In this document: one piece after another, positions 38,989-48,287 of the stretch | Layout of the letters: every line of letters begins with the position of its first letter | How positions within the stretch are numbered: position 1 is the first letter of the stretch | Source of the DNA: Candidatus Gastranaerophilales bacterium | GTDB lineage: Bacteria; Cyanobacteriota; Vampirovibrionia; Gastranaerophilales; Gastranaerophilaceae | NCBI GenBank assembly: GCA_045536045.1 | Contig: JAZSMU010000006.1 | Coordinates: 3,535 to 67,534 of the forward strand | DNA length: 64,000 nt | Direction: 5' to 3' | Made by a program: the position numbers and the translations under genes | Notes under the pieces: generated by a model | What the model was told of the DNA's origin: nothing | Seen by the model: the letters and a program-made list of their open reading frames with translations, nothing else | The model's database searches: none

Positions 38989-39232
38989 TCAATTTCCACA
39001 ACCAAATTTCAAAGTTAAAACTTCTGTTTTAGTTTTTGGCAAAGGCTGGGCAGCACCTTTGGTTCTTTATTTTGAAAATCCTGAAGAAAAATACAAAGAA
39101 CTTCAAGAGCTAATTTCAGCACCAACTACTAAAGTCGTTGAGCTTCTTGCACAAGGACCTGTTAAAAAAGTTACTTTGTCTTCTTCTCAAATTGTTGGAG
39201 TTGCACTTCAAGAGGAGCAACACATAGTTTAA
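38981..39232 (+). CDS. Hypothetical 83-aa protein
   Basis: AAGGAG lies 6 nt upstream of the ATG. The ORF overlaps the tatD-like stop by 8 nt, and its own stop overlaps the tlyA ATG (TAATG). Confidence 0.6.
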   Translation: MANQFPQPNFKVKTSVLVFGKGWAAPLVLYFENPEEKYKELQELISAPTTKVVELLAQGPVKKVTLSSSQIVGVALQEEQHIV

Positions 39233-40014
39233 TGAAAAAACGTCTTGACTTGATTTTGTTTGAATTAGGATATTTTGAAACAAGAAGTAAGGCTTCTGCT
39301 AATATTCTTGCTGGAAATGTTCAAATTAATGACAAAGTTGTTGATAAGGCTGGAGAATTATTCAAAGAAGAAGATTTTGAAAAATTAGAAAATCCTCTAA
39401 GGGTCAAAATAAAGTCTATGCCTTATGTTTCAAGAGGTGGGCTTAAATTAAAAGGTGCAATTGATAGTTTTAATATTTCTCTTAAAGACAAAATTGGGCT
39501 AGATGTTGGTGCTTCAACTGGTGGCTTTACAGATTGTATGTTAAAAGAGGGTGCTAAAAAGGTTTGGGCAATTGATGTTGGCTATAATCAGCTTGATTGG
39601 AGCTTAAAAAACAACGAAAAAGTTATTTCAAAAGAAAAAGTGAACGCTAAAAATTGTTCATTTGAAGATGTTTTTGGCATTTCAAAAGAAAATTTTGAAG
39701 AAGAATTACCAAATTTTCTTTCAATGGATTTGTCTTTTATTTCAATTAAAAAAGTTTTAGAAAATGTTTTAAATTTTTTAGCTAATGAAGCTGAGCTTGT
39801 TTTATTAATTAAGCCACAATTTGAAGCAGGAAGAAGCGAAATTGAAGAAGGTGGCGTTGTCAGGGATGAAAAAGTTCGCCAAAAAATTGTTGAAGATATT
39901 AAAGAATATTCATCTTCATTAGGGCTTGAAGTTGTTGGTGTTATTGATTCTCCAATTATTGGAGCAAAATCTGGAAACTCCGAGTATCTTATTTATTTAA
40001 AGAAACACATTTAG
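39232..40014 (+). CDS. tlyA: TlyA-family rRNA 2'-O-methyltransferase (S4 + FtsJ domains)
   Basis: Contains KKRLDLILFELGYFETRSKA (S4-like) and LDVGASTGGFTD (SAM motif). Confidence 0.9.
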   Translation: MKKRLDLILFELGYFETRSKASANILAGNVQINDKVVDKAGELFKEEDFEKLENPLRVKIKSMPYVSRGGLKLKGAIDSFNISLKDKIGLDVGASTGGFTDCMLKEGAKKVWAIDVGYNQLDWSLKNNEKVISKEKVNAKNCSFEDVFGISKENFEEELPNFLSMDLSFISIKKVLENVLNFLANEAELVLLIKPQFEAGRSEIEEGGVVRDEKVRQKIVEDIKEYSSSLGLEVVGVIDSPIIGAKSGNSEYLIYLKKHI

Positions 40015-40756
40015 AAAAATCTTCAAATTTTTGATTTTTTCCAGACACAGTTTCTAAATATTTTTTCATAAATTCAAAGCAAACTTCAGCAGTTTTAAGG
40101 TTGATGACATCATCATATTGCGTTTTTTGGTCAATTTCTGAATTTGCTATTTCATTTAAAAAGTCTGCAATTTTTTTAGGGAATTTTGTTAATTTGCCAC
40201 TTATATTTTCTGAACATTCAAGACAAAACATTGCTTTTTCTTTTTGAGAATAATAATAGTATTCTAAATCTATTGAGCCACATTTTGCACAAGTTTTAAA
40301 ATCAATTCCCCAGCCCATTTTCTTAATTAATGAAATTTGAAATTTAATAACATTCAAAAGAATATCTTTTTTTTCATTGGAATTTGCAATATTTTCAAGA
40401 CTTTTATAGAAAATATTATAAATTTCTTCGCTATCATTATCAGAATCTGAGCCAAAAATTGAAATTACATCTGCTAAATATAAAGAATAGCTTAGTTTGT
40501 CAAAATCTTGACGAATTTTAGAAAATGTATTTATGGATTCAGCTTGTGTGATTTTGTCAAAATTTCTTCCTTTGTGAAGTTGTAGTTTGTTTGCAATTAA
40601 AACTTGAGAACGGCCACCTAGCTTGCTTTTTGTTTTTTTAGCACCTTTTGCAATACACTTAATCAGCCCATGTGTTTTAGAATAGGCTAAAAGAATGTTA
40701 TCTCCTTCTCCTAATGGGTAGCTTTTTATATTAATTGCATTTGTTGTGTATTGCAA
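39989..40756 (-). CDS. recO: DNA repair protein RecO
   Basis: An N-terminal OB fold (..INIKSYPLGEGDNILLAYSKTHGLI..) is followed by a C-terminal Cys4 motif (CAKCGS...CLEC). Confidence 0.88.
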   Translation of the reverse strand: MQYTTNAINIKSYPLGEGDNILLAYSKTHGLIKCIAKGAKKTKSKLGGRSQVLIANKLQLHKGRNFDKITQAESINTFSKIRQDFDKLSYSLYLADVISIFGSDSDNDSEEIYNIFYKSLENIANSNEKKDILLNVIKFQISLIKKMGWGIDFKTCAKCGSIDLEYYYYSQKEKAMFCLECSENISGKLTKFPKKIADFLNEIANSEIDQKTQYDDVINLKTAEVCFEFMKKYLETVSGKNQKFEDFSKCVSLNK

Positions 40757-42138
40757 TTTTCCACTCCCTTAAATTCAGCTAAAAAGCTATCTGTGTTTGA
40801 AAAATCTGCTTTTATTTCTGAATTTGTGTTTTCAAATAGCTTTTTATAGAAGCTATTTCTGTTTTCATCTTGAGTTAAAATATAGATTTTTTCAGGATTT
40901 TTAATTTCTGATGTTGTTTTTAAAATATTGACAAAATCCATTTCTGTTTCTTTTGGTGGATTAATTAAAACCCAGATTTCAGAGTTAGCAAGCTCGTATA
41001 TTGCATTGTTAATATCTAAAACATTGGTATTTTTAGGCTCTTTTATACTAGGGAGCATATAATTTCCACATTTATTACAAACACAGCTTAAAATTTGCTT
41101 ATCTGAGTAATTGACAAATTTTTCGCCACATTCCCTACATTCTAATTCTCTAGTTAGCCCAGATAATGGATAAAAATTTTCAGATATTTCGCAAGAGTTT
41201 AAAACATCAACAATTTTGCCATTAATTGAATTAGTTATAATTGTTAAATTTTGTGCTTTTTCTTTAATTGGATTAACAATTTTTTCAATTGGTCCTAAAT
41301 CTTGCTCAACGATATTAATAAATGCTAAAAGCTCATTTAATTCTTTTGATAAGTTTTCATCCCTGTTAAGAGTTTTTCTAAAATCTCTAATGAATTTTTC
41401 ATCAATATCTGAATTTTTTTCGCCTAAGAATATGCAAATATTTTTGTTTGTATTTTTGGAATAATCAGCTTTTACTTCTTCTTGAACTTTTTCTATAAAT
41501 TCAGTTATAGCTTCCATTTTTTCTTCGTATTCTTCTTTAGATTCTTCTTCAATTTCATTTGTTTCAATTTGCTCAAGAATTATTTTTTCCTCTTCAACTT
41601 TGTTTATTTCTTGGCTTGGCTTTTCGTAAACCATTTCTGTCATATATTGAGCTGGTTTTTCTTCATAAACAACAGGTGTTTCTTCATAAGTAACAGGTTT
41701 TTCTTCATAAACGGTTGGTGTAGTTTCTTCAACTTTTGTTGTGTTTCCTTGAATAAAGCTTGAAAATAAGTCTTTTTGAACTTCCGTTTTTTCTTCATGT
41801 TGTTTGTATTCTGTTGCATAAGAAGAAAAAGAGTTTGAAGATGGAAAAATTTCATCTATAACAGATGTTACCTCTTCTTTTTTTGGTTCATCTTTTTTGT
41901 TGATAATATCTTCAATGGTTGAAGTTAATAAAAGTGCAGTTTGTTCTTCAAACATTGGGTTTTCATATACATAATCATAAACAGATTTTAGTTGTTTAAT
42001 ATATTCAAATTTGTGTCCAGAATGGAATTTTTCATGAAGTTTATATGCAGCAATTTTTAACAAATCGTTGTCTTCATTTGCTAATGCTGATTCTAATCTT
42101 TTTAAAATTAATGTTTCACTCTCTAAATTGTTATACAT
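40726..42138 (-). CDS. Hypothetical 470-aa protein with acidic heptad repeats and a Cys4 zinc-ribbon-like motif
   Basis: Contains YEEKPVT/YEETPVV/YEEKPAQ repeats and CRECGEKF...CVCNKCGNY. It sits between pilT and recO. Confidence 0.7.
   Translation of the reverse strand: MYNNLESETLILKRLESALANEDNDLLKIAAYKLHEKFHSGHKFEYIKQLKSVYDYVYENPMFEEQTALLLTSTIEDIINKKDEPKKEEVTSVIDEIFPSSNSFSSYATEYKQHEEKTEVQKDLFSSFIQGNTTKVEETTPTVYEEKPVTYEETPVVYEEKPAQYMTEMVYEKPSQEINKVEEEKIILEQIETNEIEEESKEEYEEKMEAITEFIEKVQEEVKADYSKNTNKNICIFLGEKNSDIDEKFIRDFRKTLNRDENLSKELNELLAFINIVEQDLGPIEKIVNPIKEKAQNLTIITNSINGKIVDVLNSCEISENFYPLSGLTRELECRECGEKFVNYSDKQILSCVCNKCGNYMLPSIKEPKNTNVLDINNAIYELANSEIWVLINPPKETEMDFVNILKTTSEIKNPEKIYILTQDENRNSFYKKLFENTNSEIKADFSNTDSFLAEFKGVENCNTQQMQLI
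41614..41721 (-). repeat. About four tandem 21-nt coding repeats (YEE[KT]Pxx)
   Basis: The plus strand shows the reiterated motif ttcttcataa(a/g)(c/t)aacaggt. Confidence 0.75.
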
Positions 42139-42146
42139 CTTAATTC

Positions 42147-43256
42147 CTATACATAATTTCCGGTAAATCCACCTGCTGTCCCTGTGTATGAGCCAGACAT
42201 CATTTGTGTTAATTCAATTTTTTCATCACTATAATCAAGAGCAACTTCTTTTGTAATTTTGTCTGCTTTGTATAGTGCATAAATGGCATTATTTAAAGTA
42301 GACATTCCATGAACATCTCCTCTTCTCATAAGCTCATAAATTTCATCATAGTTCTTTTTAACAATGTAATCTTTAATTGTTGGAGTAACTGACAAAATTT
42401 CTGCAACAGGGAGTCTGCCTTTTCCTTCTTTAATCGGTAATAATTTTTGAGAAATAACATATCTCAAACTATTTGCAAGCCTTTCAAGCATAAAGCCTCT
42501 AATTTGCTCATCAAATAAGTTTATTACCCTATCTATTGTATTAATTGCTGAGTTTGCGTGAATTGTTGTTAAAACTAAGTGCCCAGTTTCTGCAGCTGCA
42601 AGTGCTGCTTCCATTGTTTGCCTATCTCTAATTTCCCCAACAACAATAACATCTGGGTCTTGTCTTAAGGCATATTTGATACCTAAAGCATAGCTTTCAA
42701 CATCACTTCCTAATGCTTTTTGGGTAACAATACAAGATTTATCATTAAAAATAAATTCAATTGGGTCTTCAATTGTAATAATGTGTTTTGTTTTTTCTCT
42801 GTTGATTGTTTCAATTAGGGCTGCAATTGAAGTAGATTTACCACTACCTGTTGCACCTGTAAAGAAAACAATACCATTATTTAATTGGGTAATATCATTT
42901 AAAGATTCTGGCAAATCTAAGTCTTTAACTAAAAGTGGCTCAAAAGGAATTGTTCTTAAAACAATTTGTGGGTTGCCAAAATTTTTACTGTAGTTTACAC
43001 GGTATCTAGAAACTCCGTCTAAAACATAAGTAAAATCGTAGTTTTTGTAATTTGAATAACTTTGATAAAAATCTTTGGGTGCGATTATTTTAATAATGTC
43101 ATCAATATTTTTTTCTGTTAATGCATTCATTTTAACTCTAACAATACTGCCCATAATTCTTAGGGCTGGTGCTTTGCCTAAAGTTAAATGAATATCTGAA
43201 ACATTTTTAGTTGCAATTTTTCTAAGCAGGCCATTTATGTCAAAAGTGTCTGTCAT
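42147..43256 (-). CDS. pilT: Type IV pilus retraction ATPase PilT/PilU family
   Basis: Contains Walker A GATGSGKST, VGEIRD and TGHLVLTTIHAN. The start is set at ATG 43256 (MTDTFDI...) with AAGGAG upstream. Confidence 0.9.
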   Translation of the reverse strand: MTDTFDINGLLRKIATKNVSDIHLTLGKAPALRIMGSIVRVKMNALTEKNIDDIIKIIAPKDFYQSYSNYKNYDFTYVLDGVSRYRVNYSKNFGNPQIVLRTIPFEPLLVKDLDLPESLNDITQLNNGIVFFTGATGSGKSTSIAALIETINREKTKHIITIEDPIEFIFNDKSCIVTQKALGSDVESYALGIKYALRQDPDVIVVGEIRDRQTMEAALAAAETGHLVLTTIHANSAINTIDRVINLFDEQIRGFMLERLANSLRYVISQKLLPIKEGKGRLPVAEILSVTPTIKDYIVKKNYDEIYELMRRGDVHGMSTLNNAIYALYKADKITKEVALDYSDEKIELTQMMSGSYTGTAGGFTGNYV

Positions 43257-43348
43257 TTTATAGTTCTCCTTGTTTAATATTCTATATTTTTTTTGCAAAT
43301 TAAACAAAAATGTTACAAATGAGAAATATTCTTTTTGAAATTATCTTT

Positions 43349-43359
43349 TGTTATATAAT
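43349..43359 (+). promoter_or_regulatory. -10 region TGtTATATAAT, with TATAAT ending 6 nt upstream of ATG 43366 (leaderless geometry)
   Basis: Reads ttGttaTATAATgttcttATG. The track's TTG start at 43348 lies inside this element. Confidence 0.4.
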
Positions 43360-43365
43360 GTTCTT

Positions 43366-44556
43366 ATGGGAATCGGAGTTTTTATTTTAGTTGGAATAAT
43401 TTCATTTATTTTTGGAGCTTTAATTGCTTATTTTTTAATGTCTAAAAAAATGAATGAATTAAGAATTGAAAACATTAAGCTTTTTGAGGCAAATAACAGC
43501 TCTCAAGCTGTTCAAAAAAGTTCTGAAGAAATTATAAAACTTCTTCAAGCTGAATTTAAGTCAATTGCAAATCAGGCTTTAATTGATAATCAAAATCAAC
43601 TTACAGAACAAAACAAAATTTCATTAGAAGAAAGGCTAAAACCCCTTAATTTAACTCTTAAAGACTATCAAGAAAAAATTGAAAAATTTAATGTTGAAAA
43701 CGCAAAAGATACAACAAGCCTAAAGGGGGAAATTTCTAAACTTATTGAAAATACCAAAGAGGCACATGAAGTTACTAGAAATTTAACAAATGCCTTAACA
43801 CTATCTCAAAACAAAAAAGGTGCATTTGGAGAGGGTGCTCTTGAGGTTATTTTAAATTGTTGTGGACTAGAAGAAAATGTTCATTATACAAAACATTTTT
43901 CTTCAAATTCAATAGATGCTTCAGGAGAAAACAAAAGAGTTTACCCAGACTTTGTTGTTTATCTTCCAGAAAACAAAAACATAGTCATAGATTCTAAAAT
44001 GAATTTTAAAAGCTATTTAGATTATCAAAATGCAGAAACTCAGGCAGAAAAAGAAGCTTCTTTAAAGAATTTCAAAACAGATATTAAAAATACAATTAAA
44101 GATTTATCTAAGAAGAATTATCAAAATGGCGAAGGTTTAAATTGCCCAGATTTTATCTTTATGTATGTTCCAATTGAAAATTCTCTTGCATTAATTTATG
44201 AAGATGCTGCTCTTGTAAATTTTGCTTACGAAAGCAATATTATTTTAATTGGTAATGTTTCTTTAATGACAACGCTTAGACTTGTTAAACTTCTTTTAGC
44301 TGAAGAAAAGCAAAAAGAAAGTGTTATGGAAATTGTTAAAGTTGGAGCATCGTTATTTGAAAAATTTTCTGCATTTTGTGCAGATTTGCAATCTATCCAA
44401 AAGAAAATTGGGCAAGTTGATTCTGAATTTAAAACAACAATTGGAAGATTTCAAAGAGGAGAGGATAGCCTCTTTAGGTCTGTTGAAAAATTAAAATCTA
44501 TGGGAATTATTACAACAAAAGAAATTCCTGCTGAATTTTTAGAAGTTAAGGAGTAG
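43366..44556 (+). CDS. rmuC: DNA recombination protein RmuC
   Basis: An N-terminal TM helix and a coiled coil are followed by the RmuC nuclease-like core (..YPDFVVYLPENKNIVIDSK..). The start may be ATG 43366 or TTG 43348. Confidence 0.88.
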   Translation: MGIGVFILVGIISFIFGALIAYFLMSKKMNELRIENIKLFEANNSSQAVQKSSEEIIKLLQAEFKSIANQALIDNQNQLTEQNKISLEERLKPLNLTLKDYQEKIEKFNVENAKDTTSLKGEISKLIENTKEAHEVTRNLTNALTLSQNKKGAFGEGALEVILNCCGLEENVHYTKHFSSNSIDASGENKRVYPDFVVYLPENKNIVIDSKMNFKSYLDYQNAETQAEKEASLKNFKTDIKNTIKDLSKKNYQNGEGLNCPDFIFMYVPIENSLALIYEDAALVNFAYESNIILIGNVSLMTTLRLVKLLLAEEKQKESVMEIVKVGASLFEKFSAFCADLQSIQKKIGQVDSEFKTTIGRFQRGEDSLFRSVEKLKSMGIITTKEIPAEFLEVKE

Positions 44557-44559
44557 AAA

Positions 44560-44955
44560 ATGAAGTTTTTACACTCAATGATAAGAGTTAAAGATATTGA
44601 TGCCTCTTTAAAATTTTATGTTGATTTTATGGGTTTAAAAGTTTCTAAAATATCTGAGCTTGAAGATTGCAAACTTTATTTTTTAGAAGATGAATTTGGA
44701 AATAGAGCTCTTGAGCTTACTGCGAATTTTGAAACTCCTGAAAAATATGAGCTTGGCGAATGTTTTGGGCATTTGGCTTTTGGTGTTAAAAATTTGGACG
44801 AATTTGCACAAAAAATGGAAAAATTTGGCTACACTTGGCTATGGGAGCCGTTTATTTTAAATAGAGTCAATGAGCCAAACAAAAAAACAAAAATTGCCTT
44901 TATTAAAGACCCAGACGGAGTTGAAATTGAATTAATAGAGAAGCCTAATGCCTGA
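44560..44955 (+). CDS. gloA: Lactoylglutathione lyase / VOC-family glyoxalase I
   Basis: Contains MKFLHSMIRVKDIDASLKFY...GHLAF...DPDGVEIELI. Confidence 0.85.
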   Translation: MKFLHSMIRVKDIDASLKFYVDFMGLKVSKISELEDCKLYFLEDEFGNRALELTANFETPEKYELGECFGHLAFGVKNLDEFAQKMEKFGYTWLWEPFILNRVNEPNKKTKIAFIKDPDGVEIELIEKPNA

Positions 44956-45730
44956 TTTAGTTAAATTATTTGAACCAAGAAATCTTATCGCTTTCATGCT
45001 TGTTTTAACTAGATTAACAGGCTTATTTGCTTCAGCTCCATTTTTTTCTACATTTAGAGTTCCTAACCAAATAAAGCTACTATTTGCTGCTTTTGTTGCT
45101 TTTATAATGTTTCCATTATTGAGTGCTAAATCTGGCTTTATTCTTCCAAAAACTGTGCCCCAGCTTTCAATTTTTATGATAATTGAGTTTGGTGTGGGAT
45201 ATTTGATAGGTTTTTTGGCAAACCTCGTGTTTGACGGAATTAAAATGGCTGGAAACATAATAAGTATTCAAATGGCAATTTCTATGGCAGATATTTTAGA
45301 CCCATCTACAAATGAAAGAAATCCTGTTATTTCAACAACATACAACTACATGGGTATTTTGGTTTTCTTTGCAATTGGGGCTCACATTTGGCTTTTTGAA
45401 GCTTTGTATTTGAGTTTTAATTCTATCCCAATTGGAACTTCTGCATTTTTAACTGCAGACCTTGTAAATAATATTGCTCAAATGATTTCTTCAATTTTTC
45501 ATATTGCTTTTGCCCTAATTATGCCAATTTTTGCAGTTCTTTTGGTGTCAGATTTGCTTTTAGGTTTAATGGCAAAAATGATGCCTCAAATGAATGTCTT
45601 TATGGTGTCTTTACCATTTAAAATTTATTGTGGGCTTGTTTTAATGTGTTTCTTTATTTTAGGTTCAGTTAAATATATGCAAGATATTATTACCGAAACC
45701 TTTAATGCCGTTAAGAATTTATTCTTCTAA
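44948..45730 (+). CDS. fliR: Flagellar export-gate protein FliR
   Basis: The polytopic membrane protein has the typical FliR N-terminus (..FMLVLTRLTGLFASAPFFS..). It overlaps the gloA stop by 8 nt. Confidence 0.88.
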   Translation: MPDLVKLFEPRNLIAFMLVLTRLTGLFASAPFFSTFRVPNQIKLLFAAFVAFIMFPLLSAKSGFILPKTVPQLSIFMIIEFGVGYLIGFLANLVFDGIKMAGNIISIQMAISMADILDPSTNERNPVISTTYNYMGILVFFAIGAHIWLFEALYLSFNSIPIGTSAFLTADLVNNIAQMISSIFHIAFALIMPIFAVLLVSDLLLGLMAKMMPQMNVFMVSLPFKIYCGLVLMCFFILGSVKYMQDIITETFNAVKNLFF

Positions 45731-46002
45731 AGGTCAATTGAATCATAGTAAAGCATTCTTTTATATGTTTCGTATTCATTATAGCCTTCGTCTTTTTTTC
45801 TTTCTTCGGCTCTTCTTTCTTCTGTTGGATTAGCACATTCTTCTTTAATTTCAAGGAATTTACCTCCATCTCTTTTGAAATGAAAATTAACTTTAAACGC
45901 GTCTAAAACTCCACAAGCATCATTTTGGTAATTGCCGTAATGAATAGCGAACGCCGAAGGCGTGAGCGTTATGAAAATAATTAAAAATGCAAAAAATTTC
46001 AT
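45727..46002 (-). CDS. Small secreted hypothetical protein (91 aa)
   Basis: A signal peptide is present (MKFFAFLIIFITLTPSAFA). The ORF is convergent with fliR, overlapping it by 4 nt. Confidence 0.6.
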   Translation of the reverse strand: MKFFAFLIIFITLTPSAFAIHYGNYQNDACGVLDAFKVNFHFKRDGGKFLEIKEECANPTEERRAEERKKDEGYNEYETYKRMLYYDSIDL

Positions 46003-46032
46003 ACTTAAATCTTATCACAAAACTTAACTTTA

Positions 46033-46061
46033 TTGATTATTTTTCTTTTCTGTTTGATAAT
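46033..46061 (+). promoter_or_regulatory. Promoter TTGATT-17 nt-GATAAT, ending 6 nt upstream of the lpxB ATG (leaderless geometry)
   Basis: ttgatt lies at 46033-46038 and gataat at 46056-46061, followed by ttaagc tATG at 46068. There is no SD. Confidence 0.45.
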
Positions 46062-46067
46062 TAAGCT

Positions 46068-47177
46068 ATGGGAAAGAAACTTTTTATTGTTACAGGAGAA
46101 CACTCAGGAGATATGCACGCTGCAAATGTTGCACGTGAATTATTTCAGATTAATCCAGATGTTCAAATAGAGGGAATTGGGGGCGAACATCTTAAAAATG
46201 CTGGCGTTAAAATATTTTCGCCTGTTGAGAAAATGTCTGCCGTTGGAATTAGCTTAAAAATAATTCTTGACCATTTTAAGTTAGGTAAAAAACTTGTTGA
46301 TTACTTAGAAAATGAATATAAACCAGATTTGGTTCTTTTGGTAGATTATGGTGCTTTCAATTTGGCATTATCAAAAGAGCTTAAAAAGCGTGGAATTAAG
46401 ACATTTTATTTTATTCCACCACAAGTTTGGGCTTCAAGAAAATGGCGACTTCGCACAATTAAAAAGAATATAGATAAAGTGCTCACAATTTTCCCATTTG
46501 AAGAAGATTTCTATTCTCAGTATAAAATTGATAATGTTTATGTCGGACATCCTTTGCTTGGCAATTTGCCAGACCCTGTTGATAAAAAAGAATTTTTTGA
46601 AAAACATAATCTAGACCCAAATAAAAAACTAATTGCAGTTTTTCCTGGTTCTAGAATGTTTGAAATAAAATATTTGCTTAATGTTTTTGTTGGGGCAGTT
46701 AAAATTCTTGAAGAAAAGCTAAATAATGTTCAGTTTGTTTTTTCTCATGCAACAAACTTGAAAGAAAGCGCCTTTAGTGTTCCATACAAAACAATTACAG
46801 GAGAAAATCAACAGTTATTGTCTGCTGCTGATTGTGCAATTTTAGCAAGCGGGACTGTTGCTCTTGAATCTGCAATTTATGAAACGCCTATGATTATTGC
46901 ATACAGAGGTCCAATTCTTTTCTATTTAATTTATTTACTTGTTCGTCAAATTAAAAAAGCTTGCTTGGTAAATATAATCAGCAAAAAAGATATTGTGCCT
47001 GAATATTTAATGTTTGATTGCGAGGCAAACAAAATTGCAAAAGGTGTTGAAAACATTATGGAAAATCCTCAAATTCAAATTAATCAATTGCAGGATTTTA
47101 AAGAAACATTGTCTAACAAAAAATGCACTTTTGAAGTTGCAAAAATTATAAATAAGGAGTTTGAAGAAAATGGCTAA
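46068..47177 (+). CDS. lpxB: Lipid-A-disaccharide synthase
   Basis: Contains KLFIVTGEHSGDMHAANVAREL...PQVWASRKWR... Confidence 0.92.
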   Translation: MGKKLFIVTGEHSGDMHAANVARELFQINPDVQIEGIGGEHLKNAGVKIFSPVEKMSAVGISLKIILDHFKLGKKLVDYLENEYKPDLVLLVDYGAFNLALSKELKKRGIKTFYFIPPQVWASRKWRLRTIKKNIDKVLTIFPFEEDFYSQYKIDNVYVGHPLLGNLPDPVDKKEFFEKHNLDPNKKLIAVFPGSRMFEIKYLLNVFVGAVKILEEKLNNVQFVFSHATNLKESAFSVPYKTITGENQQLLSAADCAILASGTVALESAIYETPMIIAYRGPILFYLIYLLVRQIKKACLVNIISKKDIVPEYLMFDCEANKIAKGVENIMENPQIQINQLQDFKETLSNKKCTFEVAKIINKEFEENG

Positions 47178-47763
47178 TTTTATTACATTAACAAGAATAT
47201 TTCTAGGATTTATAGCAATTGCCCTATTATTTTACCCAACAGAGGCTAATTATTGGGCAGCAATTATTTTAACAATTTTAGTTATTTGGGGAGATGGGCT
47301 TGATGGTTTTGTTGCAAGAAAATTTAACCTAACTTCAAAACTAGGTGCTGTTTTAGATATTATGGGCGACAGAATTGTTGAAAATATATACTGGATTGCT
47401 TTTTCATCTTTAGGTTGGATAAATGTTATAATTCCTATAATTTTTGTTTCTCGTGGAATTATCGTAGATTCAATTCGTTCATTAGCTTTAGCTGAAGGCT
47501 ACACTGCATTTGGCGAAAAAACAATGATGCAAAATAAAATTGCAAAATTTATTGTTGCAAGCAATTTCTGCAGATTTACATATGCCGTTTTAAAAGCAGT
47601 TGCTTTTGTTTTGTTGATTGCAGGAAATCCAAATGCTCCAATTGACCCAACAATTAAAGCAAACATCTTTAATGCTGCTTTAATTTGTGCATATTTTGCA
47701 GCTTTCTACTGTGTTCTTCGTGGACTTCCTGTTATTTTGGAATCTAAAAGGTTTTTAAAATAA
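47161..47763 (+). CDS. CDP-alcohol phosphatidyltransferase family protein
   Basis: The signature is DGLDGFVARKFNLTSKLGAVLDIMGDR (DGx2ARx8Gx3Dx3D). Confidence 0.88.
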   Translation: MKKMANFITLTRIFLGFIAIALLFYPTEANYWAAIILTILVIWGDGLDGFVARKFNLTSKLGAVLDIMGDRIVENIYWIAFSSLGWINVIIPIIFVSRGIIVDSIRSLALAEGYTAFGEKTMMQNKIAKFIVASNFCRFTYAVLKAVAFVLLIAGNPNAPIDPTIKANIFNAALICAYFAAFYCVLRGLPVILESKRFLK

Positions 47764-48230
47764 TGACAAATTTTATAAATATTGTTCTTCATGAGCCTGA
47801 AATTCCACAAAATACAGGAAATATTGCACGTCTTTGTGCTTGCACGGGAGCAAGATTAATTCTTGTTGGAAAGCTTGGTTTTTCAATGACAAGCAAGTAT
47901 GTTAAGCACTCTGGGCTTGATTATTGGGACAAGGTTGATATTGTTCGCTATGTTGATTATAACGAATTTTTAAATTCTATTGATAGTGGAAACATTTATT
48001 ATTTAACAACAAAAGGCAAAAAGAGTTTGTTTGAAGCCAAATTTAAAGCTGGCGATTACCTTGTTTTTGGCTCTGAATCAAAAGGTTTGCCTTCTTGGAT
48101 AATGGATTTAGATAGAGAAAGCCACCTCAGACTTCCAATGAGGGAGGAAACTAGAAGTCTTAATCTTGCAAACACAGTTGCAATTACCACATATGAGGCA
48201 ATTCGCCAAATTGAGCCTGAACTTAAATAG
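47763..48230 (+). CDS. trmL: tRNA (cytidine/uridine-2'-O)-methyltransferase TrmL (SpoU family)
   Basis: Contains IVLHEPEIPQNTGNIARLC...LVFGSESKGLP...SLNLANTVAI. Length is 155 aa. Confidence 0.9.
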   Translation: MTNFINIVLHEPEIPQNTGNIARLCACTGARLILVGKLGFSMTSKYVKHSGLDYWDKVDIVRYVDYNEFLNSIDSGNIYYLTTKGKKSLFEAKFKAGDYLVFGSESKGLPSWIMDLDRESHLRLPMREETRSLNLANTVAITTYEAIRQIEPELK

Positions 48231-48287
48231 CAAAAAAAATATTTTCATGTTTTGTAAATATATAAATCTCGTGAGGTTAAAACATTT

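Noticed and set aside
44932-45258. Minus-strand ORF of 108 aa
   Set aside because: It is antisense to the gloA end and the fliR start. The fliR frame is strongly supported.
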